64,000 nucleotides of DNA from positions 372,001 through 436,000 of the forward strand of contig RSEE01000001.1 of NCBI GenBank assembly GCA_003971905.1, read 5' to 3'. Position 1 is the stretch's first letter. Each line of letters starts with the position of its first letter. Position numbers and translations under genes: made by a program. Origin of the DNA: Moniliella sp. 'wahieum' (Eukaryota). This document shows positions 12,591 to 24,727 of this stretch, piece after piece. The notes beneath the pieces are model-generated. The model saw only the letters and a list, made by a program, of their open reading frames with translations, made no database searches and was not told the origin of the DNA.

Positions 12591-13891
12591 ATTGCATAAT
12601 GCTTCTTGCATACCGTGGTTGGCTGTTGTGCGAGCCTCATTCATCCCTCTCTTTCTTCTATTCCTGTCCCCCCTCTTTTCATTTGCTGTGTCTCGTTGCT
12701 CTCCTCTCTTTCGAGGGGGGGAGAGGCGGTCCTCCAAAAGTAGAAGGAAAGTAGACGCAGAAGAGAGGCCGACTCTGATTGTATAGGACCAGACGCCTGC
12801 GACGAAAATGGTAGGGATGCGGTGCGGGTCGGCATCTCCCAATAGGCCTCTGGACCGTACGGATGCACTCCACAGGTGATACCAACCAGCAGCTAGGCGA
12901 AGTTGCGGTGAGCACGGACAGCGTCGCTTTCAGGCCTGCCTTCTGGACGTGTTTCACACCCTTGCACCCCTTGCCAGAGAGGGGTTGTCTTTTGGATGGC
13001 GCAGAGTTGTTTTGTCCCGGGGGTGCATTTTTCTGGCGCCAAAAACGCTCAGAGAGGAGTAGTACAGAGGATGGGGTGTACGCCATCTGGGCTTACGCCG
13101 CGCGGGGTAATTGTTTTGTCCCTGTTGTACATTTTGCAACAAATGCTAGTAGTGTCTCCGAATAGCAATATGAGCAACCGACTTAATTTGTTCATTGTCA
13201 CCGCGCTTCCCTCCCCTCCTTCACTTCAGCAGCTTCAGCCTGGGCGTTCGGGGCCGTCGGACTATAGAATGTGTGTGGAATAAGTGCAGGAACCGGTGCT
13301 GGGGCCCTTGGGCACAATGACGAATTGAGTAGGAGCAGAAGAGAATGCTGCAGTGAAGACGATGAAGACAAGGGTTGGCTGCCGAATCAGGTAAGGTGGT
13401 TCTGGGCCAGCTCAAAGTGTATCTATCTCTTAAGACGTGATCGAGTGATCACTTCTCCATGCCCGTTAGCGGGGCCAACGCACAAAAACTGACCCATGCA
13501 ACGTACCTCCGTCCACTAGTGCCTTTGGTAGAACACCTGCGATAGGGTGGACGGTTAATGACGTTGATGTTGATGTTAATGCCCCTTTGCTCAATCTCTT
13601 GCTTCCATGGCCTCTCCAGCACACGAACGAACAAGCAGGTTCAATTACGGCTCTACATTCATATTCAGACGGCCATGACAATCCCATAGCTGATGTGGCA
13701 TGGAGTGCTAAGCCTGGTCAAGGCGGGAGGAAACCAGGCCTATTTCAGAGTCGGGGAGCCAAGTGAGTACCCTTGCGCCCCGGTTCAGCGCCAAATCCAG
13801 GGTCGGCTTGCGCCACAATGCATGCGACACAAGAGCACGCTCACAGTCAAAACCGCGACCAACAACAAGGGGTGTCCAACCAACCCTCAAC

Positions 13892-14904
13892 TTACGCCAT
13901 GCGCTTGATGAGGGCAGGCATGAAGTGCTCGCGGTCGCCAGTGTCACCGTTGTTCTCGACAAGTGCTTGAGCTTGCGGGCACGGAAGCCGCCAGTGGGGT
14001 TGGACAGCTTGAACGGCCAGAGGAAGGTGGTGACCTGCTTGAAGTGAGGGCCGGCCGTGTAGATCTCGTGAACGAGGTCTTCAACCGAAAGGAAGCCAAG
14101 CTTGCTCAGGCGGGACTGGATCAGCTTGTTGTCCGAAATGGGCAGGCGCTGGCCGTTGATCTTGGCGTAACCACGCTTGTACAGCAGCAGGCGGATCGTA
14201 GCGAGCGAAGGCGTGCCGTACGTGACGTAGGGCTCGATCAGCTGCAGCATCTGGGCAGTCGCCTTGGTAAGCTTAACGAAGACACCGTTGTTCACCTGGA
14301 TGAGGCGGAGCAGCTGCATGATCTTGCGGGGCTTGGGAGGGATGTTGCAGATACCGCGGAGACGAACGACAAACACCACCTTGGGCTGAGCCGGGACGTA
14401 GAAGTCGCCAGCGGCCTTAGCCACACGGCGGTTCTTGATTTCCTCCGCGTCCGCGGCAGCGTACTCGGCAATGTACGCCTCGTTGCGCTTCAGGATCTTC
14501 TCGCGGGTCTCCTTGGCGGCCTGGAAAGCGGTAACAACACGTCAGTTCCCAAGTCATCGTATGCTGCCGTTGGCAGAGGGCAAGGGTTAGGACGGATGAC
14601 GGGCATGTCCGGGAGCGGGCTGCTCAGACCCGAAAGATGGTAAAAATTGAGGCAACATCGCAAAGTAAGGGCTAGCCATCAAAGTGGTTGTGATGCATCA
14701 TAGCTGCCCGCTCCCGGATGATCGGACGGAGGTGTGCCCGTCAATCTGATCCCTCCCCTGCAGGGCGGGATGGAAAGCGACGTACCTTCTTGGCCTCGGC
14801 GGCCTTGGCGGCGAGCTCAGCCTTGACTGCGTCCTGGGCGGCGGCCTTCTTGGCGATGGCCTCGGGGCGCAGGATCGACTCGTGAGAGGGACCGTCGTGG
14901 CCAT
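13892..14904 (-). CDS. RPL7: 60S ribosomal protein L7 (uL30); one intron 14521-14785
   Basis: [85 protein letters not shown]. Intron GTACGT...CCAG. Confidence 0.97.
14608..14718 (-). ncRNA. Intronic box C/D snoRNA guiding LSU rRNA 2'-O-methylation (snR39B/SNORD2-like register)
   Basis: Box C ATGATGC (14701-14695) and box D CTGA (14627-14624). Perfect 13-bp terminal inverted repeat (14608-14620 / 14706-14718). Guide ACCATCTTTCGGGT is antisense to the conserved LSU sequence ACCCGAAAGAUGGU. Confidence 0.9.
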
Positions 14905-15135
14905 CTTGCTGGGGTGGTTGGTGAGGAGGTAAGCAAACCGCCGGGGCCTTCGCCCCGAAAGCCTGCCAACACGCCCGAGCCTGTGTGGGTAGGGCTTGAA
15001 GGCATGGGGGCACAGTAGCATGCAACCCTAGTATATCTCACTCGGGCTGCGTTTATTGCGCCCGGGCGGATTGGGTAGTTCCCATGCTGAAATGTTGCCA
15101 GCTGGGGCGGCTGATTAAAGTTTAAAACGCCAGAA

Positions 15136-15180
15136 TTGAATATTGAATGCTGACGCTGATGCATGATGCGTGATGGCGAT
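15136..15180. repeat. TGA-NNNN heptamer array in the RPL7 upstream region
   Basis: TGAatat TGAatgc TGAcgc TGAtgca TGAtgcg TGAtggc. Confidence 0.7.
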
Positions 15181-15559
15181 GCGACTCTCCCGGCAGTGCT
15201 CCACCACTTGTCTATCCACCACCTGACAGACGCGGCTACATTGATGCGAATGTCGGCCAGTCACTTCCCTTTCCCTGGTGGTGGACAGGATAGCCTGCGC
15301 TCGCCCATGGAATTTGGAACTACGTGCCACATCAAAGGTAGAAAACATCGGTCGAGCTGGCGCGAAAACGGGCGCCGCTTGCATCTGTTCGCGCCCATGG
15401 TCACTCTTGCAATTGCCGTCGTCACAGCCATGCTCCTGACATGCGTGTCCACGTAAAAACAACCAAGATGTACACACAAAGATAGCCGAGGCACATCGAG
15501 ACGGTCCATCTCCTGCCTTTCCCCATCAGATCCGGACGAAAGGCACGGTTGAAGGGAAG

Positions 15560-18459
15560 TTAATCGGGCGATTGAGAGTCGAAATGCTGGGCCAAATCAG
15601 AGTGGTCAATCATATCCAACACGCCCGGAGCATTTGCCTGAACAGAAGCCCCTCCAGTCGGAAGAGGTTTCTTGCTCTTGGCCGTAAAACTCGCATCCCG
15701 AAAGGAAGCAGCACTGGCCAAGGCAGGGTGTGCAGGTTGACCCTGCTTCGCAGGGCCTCTCCACCGGTAGACGCGGCGGGACTTGGGGCGCCAGAGCCCG
15801 GAGCGGAGGACGGGGCAGCATTTGTTCCCATTATGGTGGGCGGAGATGGAGAGGGTGCTATTTCCCATAAGGGAGTGCCCGAGGGAGAGCGCCCGCGGTG
15901 GCTGCCGTTTGGTCACCACTAGATCATTGCTAAAGCGCGGCTGTGGTGGAGGTGGGTGCGGAGCAGGAGGGGACTTGGGCAAGCGAGCCAAGTCAGTTGG
16001 ATCCAGCACACCCTCGTTCACCCTTTTTAGGTACTCGCGTTTGCGCCTAGAAAGCAAAGTCAGCCAACGAATGGGAAAACCAAGAGAGGGAAACGCACTC
16101 CTTTAGCCGGTTGTAGGACTCGTGAGAACTAGTAAGAACATGGGCATCAAATCGGGTGTTTTCCCCCCCATCGGAGCAAAGTTGCCAAGCGTGATTTCCA
16201 ACATTGGTGGCGCACTAGCTCGGCAACGGGCGTTGGTGAGGTAAAAGATCTTGCCCACCAAGTCATTGTGAAGCAGGTACAACGAGTCTGCATACAGACA
16301 GACCTCAGCCACTCGCCCACCACCCACACCATCCGGTATGGTTTGGATATGAGGAGGTGGAGGGGCGCCATCGTTGAGGAAAGAGTATAGATGTTGATCG
16401 TTGCGCTTTTCAAAATGGACGTTAGGGCAATAATCTGTCACCCAAATCTTTTTGCTCCTTCCTGGAGTCCAATCACCTCAACTGTGAGGTTGTAAAAGTG
16501 GTCTCGGAGTACTTTGTCGAGCGTGACGGACTGGCGAATGTGGCCTAGGTGAGCATTGCCAAACATGTCTTCCGCCAAGACTCTGCGCCCCCAAAGTGCG
16601 AGACGCTTGGCGTGCACCTTCTCCTCCTCTGTCAAAACCAGAACCTTGCTGCTCTTGCTCCATGCAAGCTGGCCATCAGGGCGACGAGAGAATGGCCCAC
16701 AAATTAGATTGCGGGCCTTGGCGGAGGAGTCGCTGTACAGTGTGGCTTGGAGCATGCGCCTGCTGATGCTTTATTGTTAACCTTGACAACGGCACCAATG
16801 GCGATAATTACATCCCCACTTTTCGGGCGCTTGAGGTCTTCGACGGTTCTGCGCCAGATTTGCACGCTAACTCGAGTGGTGGTCATGGAGTTGTCACGTA
16901 CCTGCACTGTAAGATTGTAGTCTGGGCACCAGTGCAAGGAGGGTAATAGTCAGAATAGTGCCGCAACACGTGGACGGAAGATCACACACGCACCCCTGCT
17001 TCCCGTGCTGGCGCGGGTGATCTCGTTACTTGATTCAACCACGCCCATGAGATTCAACCGTAGGCCGGGTACAAACTTGCTGAAGGGAATGTACGTCCTC
17101 GTCTATAGGAGCAGGTCAGTTGCCGAGCAGTTGCGAATCAAGAATGGAAAACGTACAGGACTCAACATCATGGACCGCATTTCAGGATCGTCGCTGAGCG
17201 GCTCTACGCCCCCTGCCAGAAGTGATTCTTCGTCCGGGACATCAACAAGGACAGAAGAAGGATTTTTTGGAATGGGTGAGGGCTGTCCAAGTGTTGTGGT
17301 TGCAGGGTACGAGGTGGATCCCTCCCAGGACAGAACGATTTGAGGGTATGGGGGACGGTGGCTGCTGCATCTCAGAGAAGGATCCCTTGTGAACTCGTCC
17401 AGAACTCACCGGAGTGTCAAAGTCAAAGGGTTCGCTGGAGGGCTCAGTGCGCTGATTAAGGGCCGAACCAATAGGAGGAGGGGTTCGGTTTGCATGTGTC
17501 GATGACAAACTCGGATTGGCATTCCCACGAAAGGCGGCCCAGGCAGCATCGTCGCTGTCGTAGATAATACGACCCCGCTCGTTGAGTGGGTCTTCAAAAT
17601 GATCGGTTTGGATTGGTTGCGCGATATCCAGCCGATGCAGGTGCACCCGGGGAATAAGACGTGACGGCCAAAGAACACTTGGTCTTGGCGTTTCACAATG
17701 GCGGCAGACCAGCCACTATGATAACATGAAGGGGATCAGGCGCTTGAGGACCGCCATGGACATCGGTGATGTGGTTGAACCAAGCGGACAATCGGCCAAC
17801 CATGCCGCCTTGGAAGAACAGAGGAAGAGTTCGGAAGTCACTTGATCCATCGGGATCTAGGCTGCGAACTGTAAGCTGGAAAGTCTGTCCATCGGTTGAA
17901 CTGCGATCAACCTGAGCAAGGAGAAACCTGCTGCTACCACGCCCTAAAGCAATGGCATCGAGCCAGTCCTCGACGCTCGCATGCAGTCCAAATCGCTTCT
18001 GAATTGCTGGGTTGAGCACGTCAAACGCGTTTGGCCCCGTGCTATTCCGGGGCAATTTGGAAGGAGGTCTGGAGTTATCGTGAGACGCGCCGAGGCTAGC
18101 TCGTTTCAAGGGCGCGAGGGCAGGGGTTGGGGCAGAGGGGGCTAAAATTGGTGGCGATGGAGACGGTAGCGCAAGTGCAGGTGAAGGTGTCGGCGCAGTA
18201 CCGGTGCATGCGGAGGCGCAGGTGCAGGCGCTGGTGCTGGTGCTGGTGCTGGAACTGATCCAGCCATGGGGTTAGGAGCGGGAGCTTCAGTAATGATGGC
18301 TGGCGTGGTCGCTGGCAAGGGCGCGCTGATGAGCGATTCAGCGGTGGGGCCCAAGCGGCGGCGTGCCTCGGCCATTCGCTGGGCCATGCTCTCGGCCGAT
18401 CTGGCGACATTTTGGGCCTTGATCATCCGGGCCTTGTCCTTTCCACTGCGTCGGACCAT
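15560..18459 (-). CDS. POT1: POT1-like telomeric ssDNA-binding OB-fold protein (frameshifted, with introns)
   Basis: OB1-like RLNLMGVV..YNLTVQVRDNS..VSVQIWR..LKRPKSGDVII. OB2-like FYNLTVEVI..VTDYCPN..GRVAEVCLY..GKIFYLTNARCR..MLEITL. Pro/Ala-rich N-terminus. Confidence 0.7.
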
Positions 18460-19247
18460 GGTGGCATGGGTGGGCGTGGGGGTGGCAGGATCGGGGGCTC
18501 TTCTCGTGGTCGGCGTGAAGCGAGACGAGTGCTATTGCTGCCCAGGTTGGGTCGCGTCAGACGCCTCGCCCACGCAGATGTCAAATCCCAGTCCTGTGTG
18601 GCGCGTCGCGTGTTCCGCCCTGGCCGCCCGTGCAAGCTGTGGTAGGTAAGCAGATGCAATGTTCAATTCGCGCGGCAAACCGCGGCCACAGTTCGGCCCG
18701 ACGGAGGCGGCAAGCGTTCCGGGAGTGCTTCTCCGCCACGCTCTCGGATCCTGGCTCGGCTACGCCACGCCGGCGGATGCGCCAGGCGTGAGGCTCACTT
18801 GCTGAGCCTCGGCGCTGCGCCCAAGTCGAGCGGCGCATGGGCTGGATTCCCAGACAGGCACCCGAGTTGTTGAGCGCGCTCAGCCTCAGGCGCTCACGCC
18901 GAGCGAGCCCACAAAGGCCCCATAGGGCGGCAGGCCAACTGAGCGCTCATGTCATGCGTCATCGATTAGCAGCTGCCCTGTGACAGGACAGCCAGCCATG
19001 CCCCCAGGTTCCCCAGTAGTCATTAATCGTTTTCAATGCCTCGCTAGTCGCGGCAGGCCACGGCACGGAGAAAAATCTGGTGGGTGAGGTCGACGAAAAG
19101 ACAACGATCGGAGCCACCTGTTGAGCCGGTAGCGTGGTATCAGGACAATCTATGCCATCCGTATAAAGGCCGTATCCCGCTCCCAAACGACCTCTACCCC
19201 CCTCTCCTCCCACATTCGTAGGATCAGCCTCTCCTCCTACCGGCATC

Positions 19248-20763
19248 ATGTCCACTGCCTCGACTCGCAAGCCCTTGCCTGCTGTCCACCTCAATTATGC
19301 CGACTACTTCTCGGCCAAAATGAAAGCATGGCCCAAGCCCGCTATCCGTGGTTTGTTCCACTATGAGTTTGTGCCAGATATGGTCTCTTTCCTTGCGGGC
19401 AAGCCCAACCCCGATGCTTTCCCAGTGCGCGGAATGACCGTCGACGTTGTTAACCCCCATACTGGCGCCTCTGAGACGGTCGAAATTGCCACCAAAGACC
19501 TCCAGGCCAGCTTGCAGTACGGCATGTCTGGCGGCATGCCTCCCTTTGTCCAGATTTTGAGGGGTTTCCAACAGAAGCTCCATGGCAAGCCCGATGTAGA
19601 CCCCAAGAACCCTGGTGTCCACACTCCCTGGTCCACCATGACCGGCAACGGCTCGCAGGACCTGATCTGCAAGGCTTTCATGGCGTTCACAGACCCTGGC
19701 GACACGGTTTTGGTTGAGGGTCCCACGTTTCCGTGCGTGTTCATCTTTGTATATATCTACTTGCATGTGATCAATTTCTGACAGTTGGTCTACGTCTTCT
19801 ATTTGGCAGAGGAGCTATTGGTGCACTTGTTACGATGGGCGCCAAGGTGCACAGTGTACCGACCGACTCTCGTGGCTTGTCGGCTAAGGCGCTGCGCGCG
19901 ACGCTGGAGAACTGGCATCAAGCCGAGAGCACCAAGCAGCTTGCTTTCCCCAAGGTGATCTACACGATTCCCACCGGTGGCAACCCGAGTGGGGCGAGTG
20001 CGGACGAGGAGCGCAAGCGTGAAGTTCTAGCAATCATTCGTGAGTTTGGGTTAATTCTCTTTGAGGACGACCCGTATTACTTCCTCTCGTTTGAGAACTT
20101 GGGCGGGGATCCCCTTACCCGCCCACGGCCCAAGAGTTACCTTGCTCTGGAGCAGGAAGATGTCGCGACCTGGGGAGACGGACGGTGCTGCGCTTTGACT
20201 CGCTCAGCAAGATTATGGCGGCAGGCTTCCGTATTGGTTTTGCTACGGGTCCCGCTCCACTGATTGAAGCCATTGATGGGGTGACGGCCTGCTACCAGCT
20301 GCAACCATCGTACACTGCCCAGGTCGTGGCGCAAACTATCCTTGCCAAGTGGGGTCTGGACACCTTCCTCGTACACTGCGACAAGGTTGCCCAATTCTAC
20401 CTCGAGCGACGTCAAGTGTTCTCTGCTGCACTTGAAAAAATTCTAGGGAGCAACGGAGGCAAGCAAGTGGCCGTGGCAGAGTGGGTTGAGCCCAATGCGG
20501 GCATGTTCTTCTTCGTCAAGTGCCGTCTGCCTGCTACGGCTACTTCGGCCGAGGGCGACTCGAACGCGATGATTGCGGAGCTTGCGCTCGATAAAGGCGT
20601 GCTGGCCGTACCGGGTTATGCGTTCTTGCCTAACGTTGAAACGAGTCCTTACGTCCGCCTCTCGTTTTCGGTCGTCCCACTCGACGAAATCGAGAAGGGC
20701 TTGCTGCGTTTGAGGGAGTCCGTGTTGGAAACCTGGAACAACGCTGGGCTCAAGCTCGAGTAG
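19248..20763 (+). CDS. ARO8: Aromatic amino acid/2-aminoadipate aminotransferase (class I PLP); intron 19733-19809
   Basis: MVSFLAGKPNP, LQYG, GNGSQDLI, YTIPTGGNPSG, FEDDPYYFL, the PLP-lysine motif RFDSLSKIMAAGFRIG, and YVRLSFS. Confidence 0.9.
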
Positions 20764-21708
20764 AAAACGTGGGGTGTTTCATCTCATCCTTTTCCGTGCT
20801 ATCAATGGTTCTTTACTGTACGCGTTTTTGTAACTGTGGTCTCTGCCGTGATCAGCAATGTATGGTATGGTTGGTGCATATGCGACTGTATGATGGGTCA
20901 TCGCGTTCACATCGTGTTTTATTAATGATGGCGCTGGCGCGCTGACGTTATAGTTTACGAGGAAGTGCTATCGGATGATATTATTAGTGCCTTCGCAGCC
21001 TAGCTTGCTTCTGTTGGGGGGGGGGGCTGGGGTTCCCTTGCACGACCCTCGGTGGATCGGTGACGCTCACTTAACCGGGCGGAAGAGTTCCGCTCGCAGG
21101 GCGCGCACGCCCTGCTCGCTTCATCTCCCTTCTCTCTCTCCTGTCTCCTTCCCTTCAGAAATTACCTGAAGACTTATGGCCCACCACATTACCTTCACGC
21201 CTTGTCTGAAGACTGCTTTGCAGCTGAACCATTCTAGCAGCTTCGTCTCTGCTTCGCTCTGTCAACATCTATATGCCAGTCCGGTGGGGATTAGACAGGA
21301 GGGGGTTACCAAAACAGGGTCAGCCAACAGTCAGCATCCTCGATCAGTGGGGATCCTTTATCCCACCTTCCATTCTCGTCCTTTCCCACCTTTCATGTCC
21401 AACTCCTGACGGTTTCCGGCCAACTGATTGAGTAATGCAGGCAACCTCTCGTCTCCACTTAGCTGCCTCATCTTCATCATCCAACCTCGTCCTCCAGCTT
21501 TCCATCCGCCCAGTCACGCGAGCCTTCCTCAGCGTATCGCGTGGGTTCCTTTCACAGCTACGTCCACAGCCGCCCCCGCCAGCTTCAGCCCTGGCAGTCT
21601 TTGTCCTCCACAGCATCTACCCGTCCCTAAGCTCCGGAGGCTTCAGACACGTTACTACCCCCAAGCCGGCGCATACACAGCCTTTCCGCGCGTGCGGCCG
21701 CCTCGGCT

Positions 21709-21900
21709 TCACGCCGGCTTCTCTCTCGGCTCGGATCCATCAAATAGCCCAAACCCGAAACTACCGCAGTCGGCAGCCTTGTGGCCATGGCGACGGCAGT
21801 GGCGGCACAACTCTCGGCGTGGATTGAAGGAACACTGTGCGCGAGTGTGGTCGTTGGTGCGGCAATGGGGGCACCGCCAGTGAGCACGGGTAGGGGGCAT
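21709..21900 (-). mobile_element. Retroelement gag/ORF1 relic with two CCHC zinc knuckles
   Basis: CPHCRTNDHTRAQC and CRHCRRHGHKAADC are both exact Cx2Cx4Hx4C. They lie in a short isolated ORF within intergenic DNA. Confidence 0.65.
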
Positions 21901-22484
21901 TTTAAGGGAGTGGAGGGACGCGTCGACGCGACTCTGTCATATGCCCGATACTTGGCGCAGCCAGCCCCGTCACGTGCAGGTCGGGGGGCAGTAGGGTTGT
22001 TGGCACGTTTTGATGGGTCCTGCCATATGGTAATTAAAGATTCTTCAACACACACGATTCAGATGGTCGTGAGTCTGTATCACGCATCTCCTTCCCCAAA
22101 GCGCAGTTATCGCCCCCTCTCCACCTGGACGCACGCTCTTATCCGCGGGTAACCTCCCTCGACTCATAAATAAAGCCATAACCATTACTACGCTTGTATT
22201 TAGCTTCATGCACAATCAACATATACCGAATCTCTTAACGTCCTCACTTCGGAAAACAGCACTGTTCGACTTTTTGGACATGGCACTTGAGCTGAGTGCC
22301 TGATTAATGGCTCATCTCTGTCGCCTTTTTTCATTAGACGGAAGAGTTCTCTCTCTCTGTTGGTTTTCCTCTGAGCTCTTCTCCCTCTAGGCATTCAAAT
22401 ACAGGTAGCATCGCATCAAAGAGATAGTGGTGGCACCGTCCAAGTGGATCGACAAGAAAGAAGGGCCCATGTACATGCGAGAGA

Positions 22485-23155
22485 TTAAGAGAAGGACAGC
22501 CGCATGCCCAACAGTACCCCCAACGTCGAGACCAGCAGAGTAAACGTGATCAACGCACTGATGGATACCTCTACACGGCTGGGGGAGAATCTACCCCGAG
22601 TAAGTTGAGCCTGGACCCGGAAGAAGCGGGCAGTACCCAGCAGCATGACCACGATGCCCAGCCCGATAAACGAAGCGCCGAGCGGCTTGCCGCTGAACGT
22701 TGCACCACAGGGTGGGTCAGACTTCCTTCCTCGGGCCAAAGATAGAACAGGAAGAAATGAGACGTACATCCTTTCCAGTGGCCAGGACCCAGACGGGGCA
22801 GGAGGAGGGACAGATAACAGGTGTTGGAGCGCACGCTGCTGTTCCAGCGGATCGGTAAGGCTCTGGGCGAAAAGGGCGAGGGAGGAGGCGAAGGCAGCTT
22901 CCGCTTCAGGATCCGATCCCCATGTGGAGTCAAAGGAGGAAAGATCGGGGATCTTGAACAGCTGTGTGATGGCAATTCCCGCCGAGACAAGTGCGACCGA
23001 ACTGCGGAGCCAGGCGAGAAAGGTACGCTCCAGCGCCAAGTGGTCGCGGGCCACCGAGCCCTTGTTCTCCAATTCGAGTGCTAGCTGTGGCGGCGAAAGG
23101 AAGCGCCACCAGCGTCTGGGTTCTGCTCCTGCTTGCTCAGGGCAGCGCTTGCCAT
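22485..23155 (-). CDS. DUF202/YidH-like small membrane protein; intron 22693-22767
   Basis: LENKGSVARDHLALERTFLAWLRSSVALVSAGIAITQLF, GKPLGASFIGLG..GTARFFRVQ and a third TM segment. Confidence 0.9.
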
Positions 23156-23673
23156 GGCACAAACAAGGCGGATGTGCTGGACGTGGAGGAAAGAAACGCA
23201 GCTTAGGTAGTGCCGAAGGTGGGAAGGTTGGCCAATCGAACGAGCACGCAAACGCGAGCTTGTGGGTAGCCGCTACGCCGGCAAGAGATGATCGGTGATC
23301 ACGATCAGCCGCTGAGCTCAGCTGGGCGATGAGGTGATGTGCTAGTGATGCTTGATGGTGCACACACTGGGATCCACATTTTGAAACCAACAGAACTGGG
23401 ATCGCCTGCCGGCCGCACTGCCGTCTTCTGCCGCTGGCGTGCGGTGCACTCGGCTGCTACAGCGCCCCCTGCCTGCACCACCCGTGCCCGCCTCCGTCGA
23501 GCCGCCCCCTCCGGTTGCCCACCGCCGCACACAGCCGCTGTGCTCGCCGGTGGGCTTGTTTACTGGCCTGCATGTTGGCTCTCCGTATATACGCACCCCG
23601 CTTTACCCGCCACCACCACCACACCTTCGCTTTCCCCCAGGCTGCCCCTTCTCTTCCCTCGCCAACAGACGCC

Positions 23674-24727
23674 ATGATGCTTCATGCCATCCTTGCCATG
23701 CTCGCCGTCACCGGCGCCACCTTGGCGCAGTCGTTCACCATCAATACCCCCACCACTGCTCTGCTCCAGGTACGTTCGTTGTTTGCGCCATATTAGTAGT
23801 CGCTCTCGTCTTCGAGGGTGTGCATGCATTCTTTCATGCTTGCGCTTGCATGGTGACACCGGGATCAAACTGCACTCTCCACAGATCGACTCGCTGACTC
23901 CCCTCTGTTCCTTTTTCATGATGTCTGCGTCCATCATCAGTGCGTTCCTGTCATGCTCACCTGGACAGGCGGGCAGGGACCGTACACGCTCAGCGTCCAC
24001 ACCTACGCGAACGGCGCGGCCAGCAATAACGTGCTCCAAATGGTTCCCAACTTGCAGGGCACCAGCTATACCTTCACTCCCAGCCAGCCCAACATTCAAC
24101 TTGAGTTTCAGCTGACCGACTCCACGGGTGCAGTGGCACAGTCGGGTGCTACTCCGGCCGTCCTGCCTAACACGTGCGGGGGATCTTCATCCTCAAGCCA
24201 AGTTTCTCCCCCAACCCACAATTATTCTACTGCGAGCCCCAGCACCTCTTCTTCCAGCCACAAACACCCAACAGTCTACTTCTCACCACCATCACAGCCA
24301 TCACCATCATCATACTTCCCTCTGGCCTTCGTCCCATTCCAATTCGCACCCCAATCCCATCCCCATTACCATCCTTTTTCCACGTGGACCCCACCACATC
24401 ATCATCACCCGCACCTCCACCACTCTTCCACTGCCACACTACCTGCCCCGGTTTCACCCTCTAAACCGTCGTCGGCATCGTCCCCCTCTACTTCAGACCC
24501 CTCTTCCATCCAATCCTCTTTCTCAGGCCCTTCTGCATCTTCGCAGGAGACCTTGTCCCATCATCCTCTTCATCCCCTACCCCTCCCCGACAGCAGGGAC
24601 TGACACTACAAGCGCTGCTCCCTCCGACGCCGCTACCATTTCATCCAAGGCGAGCTCGGCTGGGTCGCTCTACATACCGGCGGGAACGGCCTGTATGGTG
24701 GGTGTGGCAGTGGCTCTCTTGGCGTGA
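23674..24727 (+). CDS. Secreted Ser/Thr-rich, probably GPI-anchored cell-surface protein; intron 23770-23940
   Basis: Signal peptide MMLHAILAMLAVTGATLA, domain FTINTP..LQ|CVPVMLTWTGGQGPYTLSV..LTDSTGAVAQS, Ser/Pro/His-rich stalk, hydrophobic C-terminus SSAGSL..MVGVAVALLA*. Confidence 0.8.

Noticed and set aside
6637..14904. Programmed ribosomal frameshifting or RNA editing in eIF5A and RPL7
   Set aside because: The shifts fall in homopolymers across all genes, consistent with long-read error.
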